Below are positions 1 through 12,683 of a stretch of DNA of 64,000 bases, in pieces. Position 1 is the stretch's first letter. Each line of letters begins with the position of its first letter. The DNA comes from Nemertoderma westbladi (Eukaryota > Animalia > Xenacoelomorpha): NCBI GenBank assembly GCA_032718475.1, contig JAUCBJ010009143.1:1-64000 (forward strand). The letters are read 5' to 3'. Made by a program: the position numbers and the translations under genes. Below the pieces are notes generated by a model. The model ran no database searches and was not told where the DNA came from. It worked only from the letters and a program-made list of their open reading frames with translations.

Positions 1-963
1 CGTCGCTAACCCCCCGATGTGCCCACCGCCCACTGGCGCCTTAGCCCTCCATTATGCTAATAGCTACCGTAGCGGCGCATGCAAATCACAAAGTCTGACA
101 GTCTCAGAAATCCCTTAGGATTATTGCGCAGAAAGGAATCACATAGAACCATTAATCAAAAGGTAGAAATCATAGTTCCAGTTGTAATTTGCAGTAATCG
201 AAGGAATTAATTGAGAAACACAATCAAGAGTAATCGCACTAGCAAAGCATTTTGAGATATTAATCGAAAATAGCAAATTGCAGAAATACGCTAAAATATC
301 CGTAAAAATGAATATAGACAGCTCAGCAAGTACAAGGGTGATAGCAGATCATGTGAGGTGTCATGTGAGGCTCTACCGGCACACCGCCAATTTATAGGTG
401 ATCCGGATGGGGTGATGCAATAGGGTGACTCAATCGCTCTCCTATTGGCTCTCCAGTCCGTGCTAGCATTAGACCAACCTGGAAGCAGTTAGTCCAATAA
501 GGAGGCCGGATTGTAGCCCTATTGCCTGCCCAAACCTCAAATTATTACCATATATGGTAATGGTTCACGTCCCTGGCTGCTGAATGGCCAGGACAGCGTC
601 CCTATATGCTAGCCCTATCAAACTAATATCAGCAAGCACAAAATCCAGGGTCCGAATAAACTCGCTACCCTGGAACTATCTACATATATCCTAATACAAA
701 ATTACGTAGGTAGGGCTACATACTATACAAAATGGATGGATTCAAATATATGGGCGTTTTGATTTCCCTATCTAAATACCACTGCGTTATTATGCCTTAT
801 CTAAAATATCACGCTGCACAATGGACTAATATTACGTACAGTATAACGGACTAATATTGCATACTGCATAACGGACTAATATTGCGTACAGTATAACGGA
901 CTAATATATTATACTGCATAATGACTAATATATTATGTGGATACAGCGCCATATACCGTAACA
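1..963 (-). repeat. 3' LTR of element A (partial)
   Basis: Near-identical to 13837-14798; begins TGTTACGG on the minus strand, preceded by the short purine tract GGAGCGG. Confidence 0.93.
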
Positions 964-1834
964 CCGCTCCAAGGGAAATCATATAATGTTTCCCTCCAAT
1001 TGTAGAAGAGTATAAGGTGATGTATACAAACAAAATAAATTTCTTCCAACTAATCTAAATAACACAATAATTCTACTATTTACAAATATTGCTATAGATA
1101 TTGCATAATGAATTACATACAAATTAAATTTACAAAATATTATCTCTCTCACTGTTTAACGATTATTACATACAAATTAAATTTACAAAATATTGTTTCT
1201 CGTTCGTTCTACATAATGATTACTACATACAAATTAAATTTACAAAAATATTACTTCCTTTATTTATTTACAAATTGACGGTCTACATATTGAAATGGAA
1301 CATGGCTAGGACAATGTCCCCCATTTCCCATCTCAAATTAACGATCAACATTAACAAGATAAACTAAATATAAACGTATTTGAGGCTAAATTTTTAACTA
1401 AATTGCATTAAAGGCCGATAATCAAATTAAATATAAAATACGTAATAATTTCTTTCATTTTCGGACTTTACTTAATTTCTTATAAAAAACGCAAATCACC
1501 TTGGTTTGATGATTGCTCAGGTAAGTGATAGGAGTAAGCCAAACCCGCGGGTTTGTCTCCCCAATTACTTCCTTTGCCTCTTTCAATAAACTTTAGAGCA
1601 AATAAAGTCATATACACAAAATCAAATATAGTTAAAGTATTTACTATTTCCAATCGGACTACAAAATAAAAGTATTTCCTTTCAATATTTTTCGGCTTTC
1701 GAAAATAAAATTCTAAAACATGGATACGACTAGTGTATATGAGTCCAGTCGAATGATTGATCAAAACCTACGATATACATCAGAGCGACGATGATGTATA
1801 TGTCTAGAGTTTGTCGCTCCGTGATATTATAGTC

Positions 1835-2929
1835 TCATCGGCTAGCTCCTGGGTCTCTCGGGCTCGCTCCCTTCTCCAGATACACCAGTCTACCCCCTGT
1901 AGACTCTGTTGACGGCGTCCTTGAGGCGTCACTTCCCGGAACCGGCGACGACATTCCCTGGTCACCGACTATCTCCTGACTGGTGCTCCTCCCTCGGCCT
2001 CGTCCCATTTGCCGTGTCCCTGTGGGCGCCTCCGCCAACTCCTTTTCTTCAACCGTCGAATAGAACTGCTCGTCCTTGGCTTGACTCTTGCCAAGGACTC
2101 CTCCTTCTGGTACTTGCCGCGAGCTGTGAGCTCCGGCTGTTGTCGCTGTGGGCGCGGCGGTCCTGATCCTCCACTCGTTCAGAGGTCAATGACCCCAAAC
2201 GAGTCTCCTTAGGCCGCCAATTGTGCGCTGGGTAATAAATCTAGACGTATATATCAGAGCGACGATGATATATAAAGGATTGGACAGATTCGGGCTTAAT
2301 AATACGTGCGTCGAAACTTCCCGAAATAATTTGGAGTAAATATCGTATAAACCGTGGATCGTGGGTGTGGTTAGTAGACGGATGGATGGCGCCATTTCTC
2401 GTCTGGATACTCAGGCGTGAGTTTCCTCTCCTGGTGAAGTGAAGTAAACGCAGTCCAGGGACTCGAGAGCTCCAAACCCGCGGGTTTGGTACCCGAGTCC
2501 CGCGCCGCTTCGCGCCGCGCCTCTAGATCCTTATAGGCTCGGTACAGCGAAATGGCCGCCGCCGTGTCTATGCCGTGTCGAACAGGGTTTAATCTCCGTA
2601 TACGGATCTAATGTCGTAACGGTCGGCGTAATGGGTCTCGGAGGTCGCTTTCCGCTGAAGTCGATACTGATCATCGGGTTGCTCATCGGGTAACCTCCCT
2701 CGTTATATCTAAGGAATTGGTGAGCTGGACATCGCGTTAATATCGGTTCTGGATGTTGCTCGTCTAGTCGGTCGGGAATCGTGGGTTTGTATTTCCCATT
2801 TAGCTCCATCACCGACCGCCCATGGTAGTAAACGTTCGAGTCTTTACATCCCGGTCGCGCGAATGGTAACTCCGCCTCCTCTCTGGCAGTAAATCCTCTG
2901 CGCGGTTGCGCTCTAATATCCTTCTCCAT
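1835..2929 (-). pseudogene. Internally deleted remnant of the accessory ORF2 of element A
   Basis: N-terminus MEKDIRAQPRRGF... and C-terminus ...STESTGGRLVYL match B ORF2 (57689-61396); the exonuclease and zinc-knuckle segments are missing. Confidence 0.9.
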
Positions 2930-3744
2930 TATGCCCGCGTATACACATATATATCCCAATAAGTGTTCCGTTACGCAAACCAATTACACTGTGGGTAATC
3001 AGTTAGATGTCGCCGAAGGACAGACTTCCCGAACCCCCCTTCCAGCTGCCTTCCAGCAGTTCAGGTTCGACTCTCTAGATCCCGTCTCTTCCTAACTATC
3101 CTCTAACCTATTCCCATGCATAGCGCAAAAACTTTGGAGATAAACTGGCCGTGACCAACTCACTTTTTGATGCCCAAACTACTCCCATTACTCGTACTAA
3201 ACTACAGTAGTTAGAAAGGACTATAGCCACAATACTCGACTATACCAAACCCACAGGTTTGATAATCGAACATCACACATCCTGCAAACTACTGAGTGGG
3301 GTCCATGTACGCCTCTGGTGCTACTAACCTTTAGCACCCTAGTTGCACTGTTGGCACCAATCTGTGGAAGTTGCTAAACTCAATTTACACTCCTACGTAA
3401 TATAGCCGTCACCATGGTTTCTAAATGCTATTTTCCAGGCTTCACGACTTTTCAAATTACTGTTATCTATAGACGAATTCTAAAACGCGTCTATACACAG
3501 CGTCTGGAATTGTCTTGGGTTCACTTCTAATTTTTTAAAATTTTCTAATTTTCCAAAATTTTGAAATAAAATTTTGTTTTGATACCCACCAGACAAAACT
3601 CAACGCAAATCACCACAACCCCGCTCCTATGCATTTCCTTGTATTTGCATACGAGGAATGCATACGAAGTGAGTTGCGTCCAACACTAATTCTGTTTTGA
3701 GGCAGGAGACAAATTATAATCTCCCGTCTCGATACGTGTCTCCT

Positions 3745-6700
3745 CTAATAACACAATATCTTGGACCGGTCGGTCCAAGGTGTGTAAACCATTAGTTTAC
3801 ACTTCTTTGGGTGTGGACACTTGCACCTAATTTTCACAGTGACTGTGCGCACTATGTTTTGCACGTCTGGGTGTGTGTGCAAGATCACTCCAGTCTCCCA
3901 ATACTTTCTCTTGACAATGGGTTCGGTTATCAGTACGTAATCTCCCCTTTGGAGACTCCGAACCGTTTTGTACCACTTTGTTCTGGTGGATATGGTGGGA
4001 AGATAGTATTCCCGCCAATATTCCCAGAATGTGTACGCCACAAACTGTGTCACTTTCCAGCTTTTACGACTATATAGGTCGGCACTAATGGGTTCTGATG
4101 CCGGCACAAGAAACGCTGGACTCTGCATTAGCAAATGATTCGGCGTTAATGCAACACCGTCTGGCAACATGGCTATCGGCCTCGAGTTTAATGTATGCTC
4201 GATTTCGATGAAAGCTGTGACCAGCTCGTCGTCGGTAAGTTGTTTGTTTACAGGCAATGTTTTGGCAATGGCCTGTTTTACAGAGCGAACTAAACGCTCC
4301 CAACTTCCTCCTCTCCAAGGACTTTCTGGAGTATTAAATCTCCACTCTACTCGTTGCGGCAAAAGTGCTGCAGAAATTTCCTTATTCTGTGCCGCTTTAT
4401 GAGCCGCGTTCAACTCGCTGTTCCCTCCGACAAAGTTTGTACCCTTATCGGAGTAGAACGCCTTTACTAGTCCTCTCCTGGCCATAAATCTCTTCAAGGC
4501 CAGGAGCAGAGATTTGGTCGACATGTCTGCCACACGCTCGATATGTATGGCTCTACTCGCCATACATGTCAGTAGCAGACCCCATCGCTTGTGGGTCAGC
4601 CGTCCACTCTTTGCCTCAATCGGACCAAAACAATCCACCCCTGTGTTCGTAAAGGGTGGGTCATATGCCTGCACTCTCGCTTCCGGGAGTTCAGCCATCT
4701 CTTGTTCCAATACTCTGGCGTTCACCCTCTTGCAAACCAGACAGGCGTCATACATGGTGCCGACTGCCCTGCTTGGCTGCAATAGAATGAATCGCTGTCT
4801 CGCTGCCGACAAACAGTGTAACTTTCCCGCATGATGCAACCTCTTATGTATATCCCATAGAATCGCTCTTTGCAATTCTATTGGGTGACTAGGGATTATC
4901 ACTGGGAACCGAAACTGTGAGTTTATGTCGACAGTCTGGATTCTCGATCTATGACAAATTAAACCCTTATGGATTAATGGACTCCATTTTCTAAGGGGTT
5001 TATAGAGAACTGGTCGTTGAGCCGATAATAGATGGAATTCTTTAGGGAAGGCACACATCTGATAATGTTTCAAATGCTTTAATTCCGCTTGATCAATCTC
5101 ATCCTCTGTCAGAGGTTGTTTCAATTTTCGAATTCGCTCACTATTGGTGCTCGTTCGTTCTCTCAAATGTTTCGAATGTTTTAAACAAAGGTACAAAATG
5201 TATCGGCTTAACCACGCAGTTCTTTTACAAATTGTCAGCCAAGAGGCAGACGAATTTAGTAATTTGTCATAAATACTACATGGCTCTAATGCCAGCGACG
5301 GTTGTCCGCTAGTTAATGGAAGTTTCGAATCCAAACCCGCAGGTTTGGAAACCAAAGACTCCATTTTGTCGGTCATTTTCTGTCTGTCACTTACCAACTG
5401 TGACTCTGGTTTAGTCTGTAAGGGTGGTTTTACGTCGTAACTTACCCTTCCGGACCTAGTAGTCACGTAAGTCTGTTGGTCTGACAGGTCTCCGGGCCGC
5501 TCCAATGACTCTTCAGGCCGCTCCAGTGACTCTTCAGGCCGCTCCAATGACTTAAGTTTGGCTTTAGACTTCGACTTAGAGACTTTCTCCACCTTGACTT
5601 CTGCATCTTCAGGCATCGGATTGGTCACAATCTTTAGTCGCTCTGGCCAATGTTCCTGTGTCCTCGTTAGAAAATCAGGCCCATGCAACCAAAACTCCTG
5701 CGACTCTTCCTGACAGAATTCCGCCGGCATTGCACCTCTCGAAGTTATGTCGGCCGGGTTCAACACTCCCGGACAATGTCTCCATTGTTCCTTCGTCGAA
5801 AAGTCAACGATCTGAGCGCGTCTGTTGGCCACAAATGTCTTTAGTGCAATATTGTCGGCCGCAATGTATACTAACACCAAGGATGCGTCCGTCCAATAGA
5901 ATAAGGTCAATGTCGTGTCTAACTCCTCAGTTATCTGCTTACTTACCTCGACTGAGACTACAGCCGCCTGTAACTCTGCACGAGGGACAGTCATGTATTT
6001 GACCGGCATTGTCTTTGATCTAGAAGTCACAAAGGCCGTCTCAAACTTGTCCTGACTTACCTCTCGGCGAAGGTAGGCTACCATACCAAAGCCGGTGTCA
6101 CTTGCGTCACTGAACAAGTGCAGTTCTAAATCAGCTGGGAATACCAGCTGATTCGGAAAGTAGGAACGGGGTACATCTATATTTTTCAATAGATGTAACT
6201 CGGCTTCCCACTCCCTCCACTGCTTTGCATGTATAGGAGATATTGGTTCGTCCCACTCTACGTCGGACAACCAAATTTTCCTCATGCACGCTCGTGCCTG
6301 TAATATTACCGGACTGATAAAGTTCATCGGGTCAAATAGTCTACTTAATGTCGATAAGCAAATCCTCTTAGTCAAAACTTTGTCTGGGCTACTGGGCTCA
6401 AATCTAACTCTTACCTGGAACTTGTCTGAATTCGGATTCCAAGCGAGTCCCAGTACTCGCGCCATGGGAATTGGTTCTACCCCCAATTCTATGTCTCCGC
6501 TCCCGCGATCTTTCACCGGGAACGACTCTAATAGGGCCTCCGAATTGGTAGTGAACTTAGTCAGAGGAAATCCCCCTGTAGCCAAGCACTCCTGTAGGCC
6601 GTGAGCCACTTCTATGGCTTGTTCCGCCGTGTCCTTGGACACCAATCCGTCGTCCATGTAGAAGTTTCTCAAGATGGACTCGATAACCTCTACTGAGTAC

Positions 6701-9700
6701 TTACCAATCTGGGCTGTTGCCGTTTTCTTTAAAACGAACAGCGTGCCATTCGGACTATCGCGGGCGCCAAATATCCTAACGTACATTTGGTATGTAACCA
6801 CTGGGCCGGATAAGTCTTCATTCTCGTACCAGAGAAAGCAAAGGCTATCCTGGTCTGCCTTACAGGCTCTTACCTGGTGGAACATCGCCTCGATGTCACA
6901 AGTAAATGCGAATCGCCGCTGTCTAAAACGCAACAGTATTCCTATCAAATAGTTATTCAGGTTGGGACCATCCATCAACTCTGAATTCAGGGACATACCT
7001 CTATAGACTGCTGCGCAGTCGTTGACTACTCGGACTTTGTCTGGTTTGTCAGGGTGAGTCACATAGTGGTGTGGAAGGTAATAAGTCTGGTCTGTCACTA
7101 AGTCAGGGTCCTCTACCTTCCCAGCAAATCCCTTGGCGAAATAGTTGTTGATCTGGGCACAATACTTCTCCCTAATGTCCGGATTCTTCAACAACCGAGC
7201 CCTTACTCCGTTTAATCTTTTCAAGGCTAAGCTGTAGTTGTTCTCCAACTTAGGTGGTTGTCGACGCCACAACATTCCAACTTCAAAATGTCCAGTCGGT
7301 AGTAGACGTATGGTGTCTTCCATCATCTCCAACGACCGTTTCTCATCAGTAGACATGGCTAGGTCATATCCACCGGGTTCCATTGCGTCCCTATCCAGCC
7401 ATTCGACGGTTCTGGCTCCTGTCTCGAGGTCCTGGCGTATCAATTCCTTCTGTAGCTCCTCCTCACTGTATTGGAAAATGTCTAGGTCTCGATATTTAGC
7501 CACTTGACCCTCCACTATGTCTGTATAAGTCAAAACGTTAGTCAAATAGGTAGCGTGGGCCGCTGAACCAGACCCACGGGTCTGATAACAGTAGTCCTCG
7601 GGTTCACTATCTGTCCGGTCGTTGTGAAGTGGTTCCGACAACCTAACATTATCGGGAATCAACTCCTCGTCCGACTCGCTAAAGTCACTATAGTGGTCAA
7701 TACAGGTTCTCCTAAACTCGTCTATGTCTGGTGGTTCTACTAACGGTGGTTGAGTTATAGGCTGTAATTCGTCGTATCTGTTCATTGGCTTGTCGCCACC
7801 TGTAAACTCATAAGACATGGGTACTCGTGTATACCAACCTAATATAGTCCTATGGGCATGTGGTCCATTGACATGCGGCTCAGCTGGTCTCGTTTCCCAT
7901 ATTTGGTGTGCGATCAGCTGTTCTGCACCAATCAACATGGAAACATTCCTATAACCTACCTGATGTCTGGGTATCCTGAGCTTGTCAAAATACTCCTGTG
8001 CTATGGGACTCATCGGCGGCACCTTACCTAACTGCCTGCCGAATCCCTTCATAGCTAGACACTTAAATCCGTCCAATGGCAAAGCTTTCCGTTCTTGTCG
8101 AGTGTGTTGGTCTCTCGGAAGTAGGGAATCTAGTTCTACCGAAATTCTGTGTCCCTTGAGGTCTCCTACCCCGTGCATAGACTTCAACTCTATTTGGATC
8201 TCCTCGGAGTCCTGGAAGTTAGAAACGGCTCTCGCCACTTCCTCGTCGATATACGATAATGTGGACGCAGTGTCCAACATCACATATATTCGCTTCGATC
8301 CCTTATCGCCAGTAAGTTTCACCGGAATCACGCTAAATATTTCCGACGTGGCCGATGATAAATACGTCCGCGCGCTGGTCGATGAACTATCCGCAGTGAA
8401 ACCTTGGCAGGTCACTTCTCTTGCGCTCGACTCGCCATCTTCATCCGACGAACCTGGTTGATAACCATCGTCCTGAATGCCGGTGTACGTATTCCTCCTT
8501 ATCGATACGGGTTCTTTGCTCCCCTTCCTGTGAGGATTTCGCTGTAAGTAACGGTCCGTTGGGGTATGGAAATCCGCATGTAGCAACTTGTGATGTAGTC
8601 TGCCGCATTCCATGCATCCGTCCTTGCTGTTCGGGCACTGCCGCCGTACATGGCCTGGCGCAAGACATGCCCAACAGGTGTCCAACGTCCGCACTTGAAC
8701 TCTTCTCTGTTCCGAATTTAATTCTTTGAACCGTCTGCAACTATCTAACTTATGGTCGTCAGATCTTACCTCCTTTAGTAAACAGTATTGGCAACCTACA
8801 AATCCATCCGGCAACTCCTGTTGCTTTAACCTAGGTCTATCTAACCGCTCACCTGACCATACTCGCGAGTCTGATCTAAAGGCTGGGGTACTCGAATTAT
8901 ATCTGTCTACTGAGTTAAATGTCACAGTGGTCCTGTCGTCGTCAAAACTTACCATAGACTTACCGGTAACAGGTTTAGACTCCCTCATATTCTCTTCTGA
9001 GAAGTTTGATTTCATCTCTGCTACTGCGTCTGTGGCTATCATGTCATGAATATGCTGAAGTGTCAATACTTTACCTTGGCCCTCCAACTTATTCTCTAAT
9101 TTACGCCATTTCTGTCGGTAACGCATGTTTAGACGTCTTATTACGCTCTTTAAAACTTCGGCGTGATCACCATGATGAGGTAGATTCACCGTCCTCAAGA
9201 TGTCCAATGCGTTCGAAATAGCGTTCGCTAAGTTCAACAGCTCTAACGGAGTTGTAATCCTTCCGCCCTTACCCAAGTCTTCCACTATCGACTGCGCCAT
9301 CTTGGTTTTATTCCCGTAGATGTCACTAAGCGTCTTCATCGCTAACTCGAATGCCCTTTCATTGCCGACGAAGTTATCAGCAATGGCTCTAGGTTCTCGA
9401 TGGAGCATCTGAAGCAAATAGTTGAACTTCTCGTTGGGAGTAAAGGTGCTGTTGGTTAGCTGCTCGTCGACATAGGTTTTGAAGGTCCTCCAATGCTTAT
9501 GGTTGCCCATAAACTTCTGGGGTTGTTGCGTCGGCAGTCCTTGCCTAGCAGCAAACTTACCTATGTCCCTAAGGGTTGCGTCGTTCCGGGTTAACAAATG
9601 GTTTAGTTCTGCAGGGTTATTAAGTCTGGTCCTTTCCCGGTGGTTCCAACTTACCTGCTCCGCGTCGGTCCTTCTTTCCTTATAGTTTCGGGACTTCTGA

Positions 9701-11560
9701 CGTCTCATTTCTTCCTCTTCATCGCTTGACTCGGTGTCAGTCCTTAGCGCTCGCGATGGTTTGCGCGCCGAGGCCCTGACCCAAGCATCTTGTATAAATT
9801 TCTCGGCCGAATTTTCGAAGTTGGGATTATGAATATTCGGGACAGGCGTCCTTACCTGAGGTCTATGTGGTATAGTCTCCTCCGATATGCGTACTCGTTG
9901 ACTAGGCTGGACTTTATCTAACTCAGGCCTGCTGGGATTAGAATTACTTCTTACCTGGGCTGCTTCCTTTAACCGTAGGTTGCTAAGCATGTCCGTTATA
10001 GGTTGGATGTGCGGCGATATAGCTTGCGCTAAACTAGCACTTAACTCATCCCTCGTAATAAATTCCTGGCTAGGGTTCTGTTGTATAGTCGGCTCTATCT
10101 GAGTAATCCGCTGTCTCTCATATGATCCCTCTTCCGGTTTAACCCGGAAGTTCTCCGTCGAACTGGGTCGGCGCTCCGTCCGCGTATTCCAAACCCGCGG
10201 GTTCGGTTCGCCCAATACTCGTCCCGTCGGAGTTTCTCTAAACTCTTCATCGTCGTGTTCGGTGTGTAGTGGTGCGATGTTCTGATGCCGTGGATTCTGC
10301 GCGATAGGTGAAGCACTAATACCAACTGGCGTGCGATATGTAGAGAACGGTTTAGCGATCCGTGTACTCGTAATAGCTGGACCGGGTATAGGAATTCTGG
10401 TCGTCGTCGACTCGCGTATAGTCGGAGTTCTCGCTTCCTGTTCGGCCTTCTGCAGTGCGAACAGTTCTCGCAACTCAGTCCCTACACTCGCCCCACATTC
10501 TTCGATCATTCGCATCCCCTTCTCGGCGATTTCGTTCGCCTTCCTAGTCCGTTCTTCGCTCTCTAAACTTAATCTCGCACTTTCCAACTGCGCCAGTTTA
10601 CGTTCTTCTTCCTCCCTTGCTCGTCTCGCTGCGCCCTCTTCTTCCACACGCGCCTTCTCTTCATACAACGCCCGTCGCTCCCTCTCGCGCTCAAGTTCGC
10701 GCTCCTTGCGCTCGCGTTCGAGTTGGAGTTCGCGTTCTTCGCGTTGGAGTTGGAGTTCGCGTTCTTCGCGTTGGAGTTGGAGTTCGCGTTCTTCGCGTTC
10801 GCGTTGGAGTTGGAGTTCGCGTTCTTCCTGTTCGCGTTCCGCTTGTTCACGCTTACCTTTCTCTTCCAACTCTCGCAACTTTGCGTCTAACTTACGTGTG
10901 CGCTCGCGTTCCCGCTCGGCTTCCTTCCGTGCTTCCGATGCACGCAAAACTTCCGCCTGCTGTTCGTCTAGTCGGCGTCTTCTCTCCTCCGCCGAGTTGT
11001 GCGAAACAAGGGATCTAGCACATATAACCTTACCTCGCGCGTGACTAACCTGGGAATCGCCGCTGTCTCTGGATGCGTCGTCGGGTGGAGTCAACGTCCT
11101 CTGTTGAATGTTCTCCGTCGTCGGTAGCACCTGACCCGGTACCACCACTCCATTCTGCATCAGCCAGCTAGTAACTTGGTGGACTTGAAGGATTATTTCG
11201 GGAACTACGGGTACTTCTAACAGCCGTCGGGACCACGGCACTTACCATACCCACAGGTCTGGAAACCGGGCTCCGGGCTCTCGCTTCTGCTACACTACCC
11301 TCCCTATCACTCACCTCTGTCCGGGTTGCTGTACAATCCTTCCTTACAGTAGCGGTAGGGGATCCTAATACTATTACCTGAGGCTGCTGTTCTTCCTCAC
11401 TGGTCACTGTCTCATCCTCCTGTTCACTTACGTCAGCGTCGCTCGCTGCGTCGTCATAGTCGGCATTGTCGTCAACAGTAATATTTACGCTATCGTCAGT
11501 CGGCGGTCCAGCCGCCGTCTCATAGCTGTCCTCTAGTGCCTCCTTGTCTGAGACACTCAT
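3745..11560 (-). CDS. Bel/Pao Gag-Pol polyprotein of A (frame break near 11241; 1-nt deletion near 3797 relative to B)
   Basis: Coiled-coil Gag, PQKFMGNHKHWRTF core, three Cys/His knuckles, protease MLDTAS, RT YMDD, RNase H FSDAS, integrase GVDCFGP/SDKGTNF/WERL. The probable N-terminus is ORF 11168-11560. Confidence 0.9.
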
Positions 11561-12673
11561 AGTCTAAATAATGTTTGCCTTCCGGCAAAATATCTCGCAA
11601 AAGTTCGAGATATAATTATAATTTAACCGAAATACGGTCAAATTAATTGTCAAATAATCAGTTGGTCCAAATGTCAAATAAATTCGCAATGCAATATTGT
11701 GAATTTAATGGGGTATAGTTATAGCAAATACTAGCACAATATTTAAACAAAAATATTATTATATAGCTACTATAGCATTAAATACCGGTATAGCACAAAT
11801 AACTTTGAATCTAATACAAAATATTCAAAATAAACTTGCCACCCGAATATTTCTAATTTTATATAGCTCTAATCAACGTAATTTTAATTTCAAATATTAT
11901 ATGTATCCACTAGCGCGTGGCTACATCTTCGGGTTGCGACTCTCTCTAACTCTCTCTCTAACTTGAGCGATTCAAAAAACCATGGCCGGCTAAACCTAAA
12001 TATCCTAACTAATAAATTGAGTTCAGCTTCGCAGTTAAACAACCGATAATTTTTACTGCTTCCACAAACACTATGGTGCCAACAGAACAACTAACCTTGT
12101 TTGCTGTGAGATTCCACGTCCGCGTCCAAAGATTCAGGCCCTTCGCTGATTGCAAACCGAACCCGCAGACCCACACGAACCCCAAACTCAGAAGTTCCGT
12201 CTTGCCATGTATCTCCAGATGGTATAAAATAACTAAGCGGTTACCTAACATACCAGTACAAAACTCTAGAATTTTACAAATAATTTTGACCGAAACTGAA
12301 TTCTCGCAAACCTAGCTAAAATTTTCAAAAAACTTACTAATTACAATTTGCCCTAAGGCCTAAGGAACTGCTGTATTCGCAATTAGTAAAAACGCACTAC
12401 CGTACATCCACTGTATGCAGTACAGTAAGTAAAACAGTACACCAACCTAACAGCCTAATTGATACTGTGTGTGTGGTACGGCAAACAAATGTCCTTCTAC
12501 CGTACGCAGTAACAGCAATCAGCCTAATGTACTACTGTACTATCGTACGCAACCAGTGAATACAGTAATCTAAACTAGCCTAAAAATACACTCTCTGTCC
12601 TACTATACGCAGTACAGTGCCTAATACAGTAATCTAATTTGTATTTACTGTACGCAGTACAGCAAGCAAATCA

Positions 12674-12683
12674 CGTGCTTTAC
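12674..12683 (-). other. Non-tRNA primer-binding position of A (sense GTAAAGCACG), complementary to own LTR 13630-13639
   Basis: The + strand reads cgtgctttac at 12674-12683 and gtaaagcacg at 13630-13639; no TGG follows the LTR. Confidence 0.7.

Noticed and set aside
10331-11044. Antisense ORFs over gag/pol (also 30180-31178, 37273-37992 and others)
   Set aside because: Shadow frames of repetitive or biased coding sequence with no recognisable domains.
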